Assembly: GCA_964016885.1 (NCBI GenBank)
Contig: OZ024755.1
Coordinates: 27,342,001 to 27,406,000 of the forward strand
From: Eledone cirrhosa
Lineage: Eukaryota
Direction: 5' to 3'
DNA length: 64,000 nucleotides
Within the stretch, counting starts at the first letter, position 1. Each line of letters opens with the position of its first letter. Below are positions 39,965 to 52,890 of this stretch, one piece after another. The position numbers and the translations under genes were made by a program. The notes below the pieces were generated by a model, which saw nothing but the letters and a program-made list of their open reading frames with translations, did not search any database and was not told the origin of the DNA.

Positions 39965-40640
39965 CTATGACCAGTGTATATAGATCACAGACACGCACAT
40001 ATATATATATAATATATATATATATATACACACACATATATATATGTATACACACGAACACACACATTTATATATATACATACACACACATATGTATATG
40101 GGCCTTCCAGTTTCATTTCACATTATATATATATCTGTGTATATTTTAATAATTTAAAAATTATTTTTAAGTGAACATGATTTTTTAAAAATATTTTGAA
40201 GTGAACTTGACCCAACGGTCTAGTTACCATCCTAAGAATGATGATTCTGTCCGAACCGCACAGTACCTCGAATACATTCTCTACCGATCTTTCTGCCAAC
40301 AGGATGCTGCAGCCCAATAGAACTTGTACCGCGAATCTTTTCCAGTGATTAACTTTCTCTGGTTGGATTCTAAACCTCCCTTCCATTTGTGCTTTTGAAG
40401 GTCGCAAAAGTCGATCCACCTTCTAGAAGCAGTTTCGACTACTTCGCAGTCCTTCTTCCTCAGGGTCCCCCACATTGAGTGTGCCCACCTTGAAGTTATT
40501 TGGGCATTCGCTTGATTCGCATATGCTCAACGCCGCATCTCCATACCCTCGAGCTGCTAAGTTGGGGGGGGGGGCATCACTGGCTCTTCCTATGCCGCCA
40601 GTACCACCTGGACGAAACACTGATTGGAATACTGTCATGG
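38085..40640 (-). mobile_element. degenerate RTE-clade LINE (endonuclease start and RT), interrupted by a Helitron
   Basis: 'VGTLNVG' APE start, 'YKGKG..LERGNYRGL', 'GRGTTDAIF', 'FIDLERAFDR', 'GVHQSSCLSPLLF', 'FADDL'. Confidence 0.88.
39572..40223 (+). mobile_element. non-autonomous Helitron nested in the RTE
   Basis: A|TCTATATAC start; GACCCAACGGTCTAG|T end; homolog of 30675-31290. Confidence 0.8.
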
Positions 40641-41544
40641 TAAATTGAGGTCGAAGGTTTTATGGGACCACCCGCCCTAGCTGTCATCCAAACTCAAACA
40701 CTATATAGGTTTAGTGGTTTACTACTGGATAGAACTGATCATTTCGTATAGTTAATCATGATGTAATAGTAGGAAAAGCACTCGACGTAATGCAACTCAC
40801 CCATCATTGATGTTGAATCCTGTTGATGGTGCAGGAACGAAGTTAAATATTAGTGTGATTAAATAATAGGAGGCCGGACTGCTGAAGTTCCCTTAAATCT
40901 TTAGCATGTACACCACTCTATATTTACTATTGTGGAGGCACGTGGCCCAGTGGTAAGGGTATTGGACTTACGATCATAATGTTGTGGGTTCGATTCCTGT
41001 GTTGGGTGTTGTGTTCTTGAACAAAACACTTCATTTCACGTTGCTCCAGTATACTCAGCTTAAAATGCCCAGGAGATGCCATATGTCACTACAGCATCCC
41101 TATGACTCCATCAGGAGTTATGAGACCACACATTACATAACTTTACAAAATATGTCTGCTGTAGGTAATTTTTAAAACCACTTTTTATTAATAATTGTTT
41201 CTACAATAGGCACAAGGCCAGCAATTATCCCAGTGTATTACTGGTACTTTATTTTATCGACCCCCGTTAGGATGAAAGGCAAAGTTAACCTCGACGGGAT
41301 TTGAACTCAGAATGTCAAGGGCCGAAACTCTATGCGTCAAAGCATGGCGTCCGACCCTCTACCGATACTGCCAATTCACCGCCCTTTTTATTAATAATAA
41401 TAAATAAACCACTTTTTTTAATTAATATTATTAACAATAATTTATGCAGGGACCTGTTACTAAAGAATATTTCACTTCTGGTCTGGGTCTATTACCAGCT
41501 TTACAGGGACCTGTTTGTTTGGGAGCCTATATTTTACATCTGAT

Positions 41545-41830
41545 GTGGAGGTGTGTGGCCTAGTAGTAAGGGTGTTGGGCTTACAATCATAATGTCATGG
41601 GTTTGATTCCAGGGCTGGGTTGTGTGCTGAGTTCTTGAGCAAAATACTTCATTTCACGTTGCTCCAGTATACTCAGTTGAAAATGAATACCAACAGTAGC
41701 TTGGGGTTTAACCCTGCGATGGGCTGGCGTCCTGTCTGGGGGGGGGGGGGAATCTTGTACTCTCAGTCGCTTCACGCCATGAAATCGGGATAAGCACCGA
41801 CCAAATGAGCCTTCTGGCTTAAGACAGACT
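41545..41830 (+). mobile_element. CORE-like tRNA SINE
   Basis: TGGCCTAGTAGT A box, CTTGAGCAAAATACTT core; partial relatives at 40934-41065 and 42140-42330. Confidence 0.65.
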
Positions 41831-43344
41831 TTAGTCATCGATACTTACTATTATATTTTCATGGTAAAGGTTTTACTTCATATAATTATCTCACCTAATA
41901 TCGAATCTATGAGATTTTGACATTATTTATTTTGAGAAGACGCGTGGATTGGCAGTATCGGTAGAGGGTCGGACGCCATGCTTTCCAGCATAGTTACGTC
42001 CCTTTACGATCTGAGTTCAAATCCCGCCGAGGTTGACTTTGCCTTTCATCCTTACGGGGTCGATAAAATAAAGTAGCAGTAATGCACTGGGTAATTGCTG
42101 GCCTTCTGCCTAAAGTAGAAACAATTATTTATTTTGAGAAGACGCTTGGATGAGTGGCTGGAGAATTGGATTCGCAATCGTGAAGTTGTGATTTCGATTT
42201 CCCGACCGAGCGATGCATTATGTCCTTGGGCAAAGCACTTTATTTTACGTTGCTCCTTCTGCCTGGAGTTGCGACCGACAGATAGTATTAGCAATTGGAA
42301 ATATTAATGGAAACATTGTTTCTTCGGTCCAATAATTATATTTTTCTCTCCAAACTACCAAAACACACATCTATTTGTATATGCGCTACAATTTATGTAC
42401 ATGTTATGTTCATCGCATATCAAACTTTTTTTTATATCTTGGTTGACTTTTGATAATAACAGCTAAACTAACCACTACTACTAAATTGACCAAATTTGCA
42501 CCCCCCCCCCCCCATCAAATCAGAAATGCTTCCACCATCCTTGGAGATACCATCAAATCTAATAAAAGATGATAGAATGTTTAATTAATCAGAGACGTGC
42601 AACCAAACGAATACCCTCAATCTGGCATCTCCCATACTCTGAACGCCTTGCTTCCCTGGGCATGGATACATTGAAGCTCCGACGTCTGGCAACTGACTTG
42701 GTAAACACCCACAAAATTATTAACCATCTTGCCAACAACAACCCTGAGCATTTTTTTCTTTTAATTCCACGTGTCTAACACCCGTGGGCATGCCTACAAT
42801 GTCAGGAAACAGCACACCTCCCACGACTTTGAAAAGGAAAATCGGGTTGGAGAGTGCGGTGCTCCCTTCCTAGCAATTTGTTGAAAGATGGGTGAGTGAG
42901 GCGAGCATGGCCCGGGTGAATGGACCTGTTCTGAGTATGCGCCTGTAGGTTGGAGGTGGAAAATTGGGAGGGTGTACTTGCCTTGGTGGTCAGGGTCAAT
43001 GAGGCTGTTTTGTGGGCTTTCTCCACGAGTAACTCTCGGTGGTCTCCCCCTATTGGGGATTTTTCCTTTGTTTCCATTTTTTTTTATTTTGGTTACATCT
43101 TTCCTTTTTATTTCCTTTTGTTTTACATGCAAAAACCCATATTTGTACCGACCCATGCTGTCCTTAATGTATAGTTTTTGTAGACCCTTCGTGGTTGATA
43201 AAGAAATCGTCATTATTATTATTACTAGCAGAAAAACCGACCTTCGGGCGGTTTTCTGCTAGCATATGTAGTGTGCATATTGGTATTATACGCAAATATA
43301 TATGCATGTAGATATATGTAAATTGAAAAGTAAATTGACAATAT

Positions 43345-44030
43345 CTTCTTCTTCACCCACGTATTTCTGAGAGGGTCGTGGGGGAAGAGTCCTTCTCAAA
43401 CACTCCTTCCAGCGAGTCTGTCAGAAGCAAACATCTCTAACTGATCCAGCTGGATCCCAAAGCGTGACCAGCCAAGCTCATGGATGTTATCCAACTATAT
43501 TGCTCAGGGTCTACCTCTGGGTTTCTTGCCGTTTGGTTTTGCCTGTAAAATGTGTCCAGCGATTCTTTACTGAGACATTCTAACCACATGCTCATAATAT
43601 CGGAGTTGTGATCTCTCAATTAAGAGAAGTAGCGGCTCTACCAGGAGTGACTCTCTGGTCTCTGAGTTATGCACTTTATCGAGTAACGTTACTCCAATGA
43701 CCCTTCGGAGGAATCCCATTTCTGCCACTTTTATTTGCAATTGTATTCTTTTGGTCATTACTCAAGATCCATGATCCTCGGTAAGAGTTGGCAGGAATAT
43801 CAGGAAGACAGCGAGTTTGGCTTTTACACCTATCCCCCTTCATCTGATTACTGAATGCTGAGGCTGGCGCATTGCTGCATCAGCTTTTGCAATTCTTGCA
43901 CTTAATTCAGCCCCCCGCATTCCATCACTCATGAACACGGCTCCAAGATACTTGAACTTCTCTAACTGCTTCAGTAGAACTCCATTCACATGTATATAAA
44001 TTTGAGGGACTTCTGTCCACACGTCCATCA
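43345..44030 (-). mobile_element. RTE-type LINE 3' fragment
   Basis: 'FKYLG', 'AEMGFLRR', 'IERSQLRYYEHVVRM'; (GAA)n tail. Confidence 0.8.
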
Positions 44031-44059
44031 CGCAATGTGTGTGTGTGTATATATATATA

Positions 44060-44987
44060 CTAGAAGAATGGTCCGTCGCTGATCGGGGTTCTAAACATAG
44101 ATTGGCATGTTTATCCCTCCTTTCTGAAACAGTACAGAGAAGTACGGAATACCTCGGCCTGGGGATGGTGTCTACATTTTGTTCTTAGGCAAATAATTTT
44201 CCAGTAAGATTTTTCAAAAGCATGTAATTGCGTTCCCTCTCTTTTTTGTTGTTGTTTTTGCTGCTGTTGGTGTGATAGCAGCCGTTGGTCGTACTACTAA
44301 CACAGTCTCGTCCTTCTTCAGCCAACCGTGTATATCCCCTTCTGCATCGTCTATCTAAACAATGATTGTAGCACCTCCTTGTACACAATGTTACTAACAA
44401 CCGCCAATGGCGTATCGGGCCTATGCAAAGAGATTTGTCTTACTTCCCACTCTTGAGCAGCCAACGTATAGTTGCCCGTGTGAAAAACATGACCCTTCCA
44501 AAAGAAGACCAGCAACAGCTAGGGTCTGACCCTGGGATTTGTTGATAGACATTGTAAAGCTGACACGGTTCGGCGAATGGTTCGTTGGTTGTCTGTTTCA
44601 AGTGTTCTTCTGGTGGCAGTACGTTCAGCATCTTGCGACCGTCGAATAGCAGATTCCACTGACGATTCGTTTGCCCGTCTTGTTCTTTTTCTTGCCGCTT
44701 TCGCGGTATTTCAGCCAATGGAGTATCTCTTCCTTCGAGGCATGACTTAAAAGCAGGACGAAGTACACTAAGACTAACTGGTAGAGTAAGGAGTAAACTC
44801 GTCAGTGATACCTGTGATTTCCGAACCGTTGACTATGTAATTGCTGGCCTTGTGCCAAAAGTAGTGGGACTTTTTGGGTGGCATATCGGCAGTAACAATG
44901 ACGATACGCCGTCTGTGCTTTCGTGAAATAAATACGTTTGTTTATATTTTGTTTTTGTGTATGCAAAAATATCTGTACACGAATTTA

Positions 44988-45043
<56 letters not shown>

Positions 45044-45505
45044 TAACAGATTAAAGTTTAAGAAAAGAATCGCTGCTTTCACCCTTAACGGGATCTTCTG
45101 AAACTAAAAAAATCAATCTGTGAACGCAGAGTAAATATTTTGAAAAACGTTGCAACCGATGGAAAACAGGAAGACGATACTTTGGTTCGTGAAGACGTTC
45201 ACTGGCAATGAACGGAAAATAGCGAAGATAATACGTCAGCAATGAGAACAATATTTGTCATATCATACAGACAGATATTATAAGGGCGCGACGTTATAGC
45301 TATGTATCTATCTAAAAAGACAGGCTAAGAAAGAGAGAGAGGTAGATCGCTAACCAGCGCCTAACACGCCTTTAACAACAGAACATTGAAAAATAAAAGC
45401 TGCAGTTAATATCTTTAGACCGCAAGTTTGAAGTCAATCGGAGTAGAAATGTGGATTTGTATAGACTTTCCAAAAGTTAGGGGACACACACAGACAATTT
45501 CAGTT

Positions 45506-45515
<10 letters not shown>
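44060..45515 (-). mobile_element. probable Helitron-type element (~1.45 kb) with non-repetitive interior
   Basis: CTAG end with GC-rich hairpin-like motif at 44060-44090; ATATAAAACTGAAATTGTCTGTGTG start near 45515 resembling the 12299 Helitron start. Confidence 0.5.
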
Positions 45516-45539
<24 letters not shown>

Positions 45540-46044
45540 GGAAAGTTATATTTAAATTGTTGGGTTAACAACGAGTAAATATTTATAACTGATATAAAAG
45601 CACTCAACAAGTATTTGGAGTATATTTATGATATTAAATAAATGGAAACTATATTTATAAAACCATATTTACTTCATCATATATATTTCAGGGATATCAT
45701 ATTAACAATATGTTATGCCTTCTTCAGACAAAATACAATATAAACAGTCTTATAAATAAATAGATACGACATACCTTTCAATCGACTTGCATTTGGGAGG
45801 TTGATTTGGCAGTAAAAAATATTGTGGACAGTTGTAAAAAGAAAGAGAGAATATATATTTTTTACTGCCTAATCAACCTCCCAAATGCAAGTCGATTGAA
45901 AGGTATGTCGTATCTATTTATTTATAAGACTGTTTATATTGTATTTTATCTGAAGAAGGCATAACATATTGTTAATATGATATCCCTGAAATATATATGA
46001 TGAAGTAAATATGGTTTTATAAATATAGTTTCCATTTATTTAAT

Positions 46045-46050
<6 letters not shown>
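45540..46050 (-). mobile_element. Penelope-like pLTR remnant with ~190-bp near-perfect inverted repeat and hammerhead core
   Basis: Arms ~45629-45822 and ~45853-46050; CTGAAGA-AGG...CCT-GAAA-TATATA; flanked by (TA)n on both sides. Confidence 0.72.
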
Positions 46051-46134
<84 letters not shown>

Positions 46135-46327
46135 AATTTTAGACAGGAACACAAACATATATATATATATATATATATGTAAAGAATTCGAAGTTTGAAA
46201 GCCACGACAATGCGGATTAGACGGAAAAGAGGGGTGCTTTTTTACCTTAATCTATTCACATGTCCTGATATTTCGAGATTAATATATCTTCTTCCGAGGA
46301 GTTTTAAGTAAATTACAAATTCCTTTT

Positions 46328-46410
<83 letters not shown>

Positions 46411-46844
46411 TGCAATTTATATATTTCTAACACATACCCAAGAATACATATTTGAGGTGAAGAGTGTACAGGAGCACAGTCAGTTATATAGAACCCTAGA
46501 ATATATCTGGTACTTTATTTTATCCACCTTGGAAATTTTATCCACCTCTCATAGCTTCAGACAAACGAACGTAAGGTACAAACATTAATCTGAGACGAAC
46601 CGCGGAACTATGAATATCTAACGCTATTATGTCACTTTACACTACAAATCCTAGTTAAACGGCCAGACATCGCTACTAGAGATTAATGTTTGTACATTGA
46701 TCAAAATGTCATGTCCAGCTGACAATAATAACATTACTGTGAAAAATAAAGAAAAATCTGTCAAAATACGGAAGCTTAGATGTATAGAATCAACATCAGT
46801 TGTAAAGACAAGATTAGCAGAATGAGTGAAATGTTGGACATGAT

Positions 46845-47480
46845 TGTTTCCTACTTATAGCACAAGGCCAGCAATTACCTCAGTGCATTACTGGTACTTT
46901 ATTTTATCTAAGGATGAACGGCAAAGTTAACCTCGGCAGGATTTGAACTCAAAACGCAAAGGGCCGTAACTCTATGCTGCAAAGCAAGGTGTCTGGCGCT
47001 CTACCGATACTGTCAAACCACCGCCCTTTGTATGGTGTAATAATTGTTTCTAGTTTTTAGCACAAGGCCAGCAATTACACCAGTCAGTACATTACTGGTA
47101 CTTTATTTTATCGACCCGGTAAGAATGAAAGGCAAAGCTGAACCTCGGCGGAATTTGAACCCAGTAGAAATAGCAGTAACTCTATGCTGCAAAGCATGGC
47201 GTTCGACGCTCTAACGATTCTGCCAATCTGCTGCACTTATAATAATAACTGTTTCGAGATTTGGCACAAGGCCAGCAATTAACCCAGTGCATTACTGGTA
47301 CTTTATTTTATCGACCCCGTAAGGATGAATAGCAAAGTTAACCTCGGCGAGGACGACGAAGATGATATGATAAGAATAATTGTTTCTACTATTGGCACAA
47401 GGCCAGAAATTACCCAGTACATTACTGGTACTTTATTTTATCGACCCCGTAAGGATGAAAGGCAAAGTTAACCTCGGCGG
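46845..47480 (-). mobile_element. tandem array of four SINE family A copies
   Basis: Four head-to-tail GCACAAGGCCAGCAATT...ACCTCGGC units. Confidence 0.85.
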
Positions 47481-47778
47481 ATAAGAATAATGATAACCCA
47501 CACCACACACACGCGCGCGCGCGCATGCGCATGCGCAAATAAGAACAAATAAGGCTGCACGCAATATGGAGGTGTACCTGATAATGTAGTAGAAACTCGT
47601 ATGAAACTGTCGAAAGTTTATTTATAATAATAATTCTTTATTAGCCACAAGGGCAACATAGAGTACAGCGACATAGACAAACCCTTGGGATGTGTGTGAC
47701 TATATATATATATATATATAATAAATATATATATATATATATATAATAAATATATATATATATATATATATATAATAA

Positions 47779-47809
<31 letters not shown>

Positions 47810-47813
47810 ATAA

Positions 47814-47863
<50 letters not shown>

Positions 47864-47879
47864 GTTTATATACGTATTC

Positions 47880-47936
<57 letters not shown>

Positions 47937-47980
47937 AACATGTACATAGTACATAGACACATCCACACACATGTATGTAC

Positions 47981-48082
<102 letters not shown>

Positions 48083-48480
48083 TTATAATTTTATATATAC
48101 AAAGAACGTAGAAATAAAAGAATGCATGTAAACAGTTAACCTTGGTCTTTCGTCATATTGAATACTGACGCTCTGCTACTTGAACTGCCCTCAACAACAA
48201 GAACTTGAACTATCGATGACATGGTCGTCGGGTTTAAACTCCTGATGAGCCGAGGGTTGCACTGTGCATTGAGCTTCTCTCATTTTATCAAAGATAATAG
48301 TGAAGTACTTCACTATAACCACATATATTATATTATGTTATATTATATTATGATACATTATATTATATTATATCATATTGTATTATATGTGTGTGTTAGT
48401 GAGTGTGAGGAAACGAGTGGAAAATACACATGCATACGGGTGCACGCTCATACACACATGCAATAATAATAATAATAATA

Positions 48481-48573
<93 letters not shown>

Positions 48574-48700
48574 ATAAGTAAACGGAAGCAACAAAGCAAA
48601 CAATTCAGTACGATGAAGAAATATAATGTATTTGTATAACATTTGATATATATATATATATATGTGTGTGTATGTGTGTGTGTATGTAAATATACATATA

Positions 48701-48734
<34 letters not shown>

Positions 48735-48808
48735 CATATACATACGTATAGATATATATATACATATATATATAATATATATATATATATGCATATATAT
48801 ATGTATAT

Positions 48809-48865
<57 letters not shown>

Positions 48866-48910
48866 TATATAATATATATATATATATGCATATATATATG
48901 TATATATATA

Positions 48911-49000
<90 letters not shown>

Positions 49001-49439
49001 CTATATATATATATATAATATATATATATAATATATATATATAATATATATATATATAAACTTAAGAAAATTAACAGAGTACAAAACAACGAACGAAAAC
49101 AAGGCAAAACGAAAAAGAATGTTTTAAGTGGAAGCTTAAAAATGTTTTTTCTAAAAAACAAAATACAAACGAAGTACACAGAACTCCAGGGTCAACGTCC
49201 GTTGGGATGGACTGGCAATTTCGACCCGACCAACGGTACTGCTAGTACACCCTGGGTTACAGCATCGGGCACCAGCCAAACGCTGTCCAGTGGAGTTTAG
49301 AGACGAAAGATAAAACATTAATTTATAGCAATTAAGCTATAACAAGTACACATAGAATATATATACAGTATATATATATATATATATATATATATAATGT
49401 ATGTATATATATATATGTGCGTGTGTGTATGTATATAAG

Positions 49440-49479
<40 letters not shown>

Positions 49480-49685
49480 GGAACGAGTAGGACCCCGACG
49501 GCTGAGCTCAAGCCGTTTCGACGGCTAATTCTGGACTAAAGATTTAGTCCAGAATTAGCCGTCGAAACGGCTTGAGCTCGGCCGTCGGGGTCCTACTCGT
49601 TCCTATTACCCACTCTACTACCCTAAGTATTGAGTACTTTGGTGCGTTATGGTCCACCTGGTTCCTTACCACATTTCCTTCGTTA

Positions 49686-49763
<78 letters not shown>

Positions 49764-49770
<7 letters not shown>

Positions 49771-50708
49771 ACACTTTGGGAGGGTCATGTTGCCAATAAG
49801 AAACACACGCACCAGTTGCTTTCACTTCAATTTATTATAATAAATTTATAAGTTGAGGAATTTATAAATTTCCGGTTGGTTGGTTGGTTCCACAACCAGA
49901 TGGTTGTTTATATATTGTCAAACTTCTTTCGTCACACATTATGTGACCTCTTCAGTGACTGGGGGTTCTTTTCTTTGTTTTTGTCTTTTTGTTTTTTTTG
50001 TGCTTCTCCTTTGTTCTGTCCTACGCCATCTTGTTTTTGTGTGTGTGTTGTGTGCTTAGTTTGCGCATGTGTTACATCCGGGTGTCTGTGTGTGTTTATA
50101 TTCGTTTATTTATTTGTTTATTTACATGTTACTGGTTGGTTGTTTGTTCTATGTGCGTGTGTGTTTTCATTTTGTCCTTAATTGTAAGTTGTGATGTTGC
50201 TGTTCCACTCATGTTTTCTATTTAATTTTGGTTGTAATTCATTTATGTTTATTGCCTCTGTGATTTGTCTAAACATTGCGTCTTTTCTGTGTGTAGATTC
50301 TATTTTTATTTCTATGTTCTCTAATTTACCCTTATGTTCTATTTTAGCATGTTGGTAGAGTACAGATGATTCTTTACTATCTTGAAGGTCTCGCCAGTGT
50401 TCATTTATCCGTTCCCCTATACTACGAGCTGTCTCACCTATGTACACTATATTTTTATCTCTACATTGTCCTTCAGTACATCTTATGCTATATACTACAT
50501 TTCTAGTTTTACAGTTAATATGGGGGCTTAATTTACAGATTATACATTTCTTATCTATATATAAACAACCATCTGGTTGTGGAACCAACCAACCAACCGG
50601 AAATTTATAAATTCCTAAATTTATAAATTTATTATAATAAATTGAAGTGAAAGCAACTGGTGCGTGTGTTTCTTATTGGCAACATGATCCTCCCAAAGTA
50701 TAACAATA
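49764..50708 (-). mobile_element. 5'-truncated Penelope-like element: GIY-YIG endonuclease end, hammerhead-bearing pLTR and inverted pLTR
   Basis: ORF 50178-50588 has NCKTRNVVYSIRC...VYIGETAR...RINEH...ITEAINI...LN (PLE GIY-YIG); ~150-bp inverted termini 49764-49915 and 50557-50708; CTGAAGA/GAAA core at 49927-49955. Confidence 0.88.
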
Positions 50709-51004
50709 TCGGTTTCAACACACGTTTTCAGATAAAGAATCTTGCTAAACAAATTCAGAAACGAAATGTATATATATATATATGTACATATATATACATA
50801 TTCATTACGTTTATTGGTTGGTGACGCACGTTTCGCTATTGATCAGCTCAAGGTTCGATCTGTATCGATCTGACCCGAACCGGAATCAAAAGCTCGTCGG
50901 ACCTCTGTTGTAGTAATCGATACAGATCGAACCTTGACCTGATCAATGGTGAAACGCGCGTCACCAACCAATAAACGTAATGAAGGCTTAACAAATCGTC
51001 CTTG

Positions 51005-51161
<157 letters not shown>

Positions 51162-51644
51162 CATCCCGGGTTCACTCGGGGGGTAACTAGAACTATTTCA
51201 TTCGAAGGAAATCATCAGAGCTTTCCTGATGATTTCCTTCAAATGAAACAGTTCTAGTCCTGTAGTGGCCATTTCTATAATAAATATGTATACTCTGCTA
51301 TGTATTGAGTACCTTACTTACTGTGGTTACCCCCCGAGTGAACCCGGGATGAACACACACACACACACACTCATTAAGTTTATTCAAGTGTGACGCGCGT
51401 TTCACGTTTGATCAACTCAAGGTTCGATCTCTATCGATCGGACCTGACTCTGGAATCAAACGTTCATCGGATTTCTGTTAGCTTAATGACAGAATTAAGC
51501 TAACAGATGTCTGATGAACGATCGATAGAGATCGAACCATGAGCTGATCAATCGCGAAACGCGCGTCACACCTAGATAAACTTAATGAAAATTTGACACC
51601 TCGTCCATACTTATTACATATATATATACATTTTTTTAAATCTC

Positions 51645-51650
51645 TTTATT
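51645..51650 (-). terminator. candidate polyadenylation signal of the GT31 gene
   Basis: AATAAA on the minus strand ~205 nt downstream of the stop codon. Confidence 0.4.
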
Positions 51651-51855
51651 CCTTTTAGTTTTTCTATGAAAACAGTTTCACATCCTTGTTCACGCCTGTA
51701 CATCGACTTATATATAAAGATACACACTTCAACACACATAAACCTACGTGTATATATATATTTATATATAAATATATATATATATACAGATAAACAAGCA
51801 TAGATAGATATGCATACATATTTATGAACAATCATTATATACATATATAGTTATA

Positions 51856-52890
51856 TCAATTGCAAACGTTTTCTATCATTGCCTTCCATACCAAGTAATG
51901 TAACTTGGCCGTTACACTTTGGCTTGCAATTTTCTTGTTGGTCGCCAACTCACACTGTGAAGCTATCTTGTCTGGATGATACCATTTCGATGGAAATGAT
52001 CGATGTTTAGCGTGAATCACTTCAGCTAGAATTCCTGTGATGTAAACGTCTTCCATTGACACATAAGGAAGATATTCTGCCACGTCTAACAACAAACAGG
52101 AAGTGTTGAAGAGAAACAGATAGATGTTACCTACAGTGTAGTTTGGGTAATACGAATATGGATATTCATTCCAGCTAACTCGATATTTTGTGGACCAGCG
52201 AAACGGCATAGTTTCTTTGAAGACGTAACCCATAATCGTTCTATCCCAAACGTTTTTAGACAAGATAATGTCAAACACCATCGGTACATTAACAAAAGTG
52301 TCATCATCAGCTTTCATGACGAATTTGGCCTGGGGGCAATAGTGACGAGACCATTTTAATCCCATGGGCACTTTACGAGTTAGATTTCGGTAACTTTCGG
52401 TAAAGTTCGCCTGTACGACATCGTTGTACTGAGCACTTTCGTAAAGTAGCTCTCGATTGTGTGCGTCGTTGGGGTGATACCCGAAGAGGAAGACAACTTT
52501 CGTGAGGAGATTAGGAGGCGGGTTTGACGGTTGGCCTCCATATTGGCTTCGTGGCCACGGTTTTCCGATCGATACGCTGCCCCACGTGGAGCGGATTGCG
52601 TCTCGCTGGGATCGTCGCGTGTGCAGGGACACGATGAGGATGAGCAAGAAGGGAGGTCTGTGTCGACAGATTTTCTCACCTGGAATTGTGTAGGTGAAGT
52701 CAAGCGGGTTGATACGTTGCCTGCTCCCACGGTAATGGCGGTATGTATCTTCGATTGACTCCAGGAATCCATTGGTAGGATAATTGCGATTGTTGCTCTT
52801 AAAATAATGAAAGATTATGACGATCGATATGGGTGAACAACAAAGCAACACAACTTTGAGACATTTTGCCTTCAAAACGCCACCAAGCAT
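51856..52890 (-). CDS. GT31 family beta-1,3-galactosyltransferase/GlcNAc-transferase-like protein (344 aa, type II membrane protein), intronless CDS
   Basis: N-terminal TM segment (VVLLCCSPISIVIIF); motifs RDAIRSTWG, ESAQYNDVVQANFTESYRNLT, FVMKADDDTFVN (DxD), EDVYITG. Polypyrimidine tract plus AG acceptor at 52938-52970 suggests the ATG at 52890 follows a spliced 5' UTR. Confidence 0.92.
   Translation of the reverse strand: MLGGVLKAKCLKVVLLCCSPISIVIIFHYFKSNNRNYPTNGFLESIEDTYRHYRGSRQRINPLDFTYTIPGEKICRHRPPFLLILIVSLHTRRSQRDAIRSTWGSVSIGKPWPRSQYGGQPSNPPPNLLTKVVFLFGYHPNDAHNRELLYESAQYNDVVQANFTESYRNLTRKVPMGLKWSRHYCPQAKFVMKADDDTFVNVPMVFDIILSKNVWDRTIMGYVFKETMPFRWSTKYRVSWNEYPYSYYPNYTVGNIYLFLFNTSCLLLDVAEYLPYVSMEDVYITGILAEVIHAKHRSFPSKWYHPDKIASQCELATNKKIASQSVTAKLHYLVWKAMIENVCN

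Noticed and set aside
48241-48320. CTGATGA motif as a possible hammerhead
   Set aside because: No matching GAAA/stem III and stem I arrangement found downstream.
49192-49300. Pseudoknot-like pairings (GGGTC/GACCC, CCGTTGG/CCAACGG) as an HDV-like ribozyme
   Set aside because: No P1.1/P4/J4-2 elements; at best a decayed minus-strand hammerhead.
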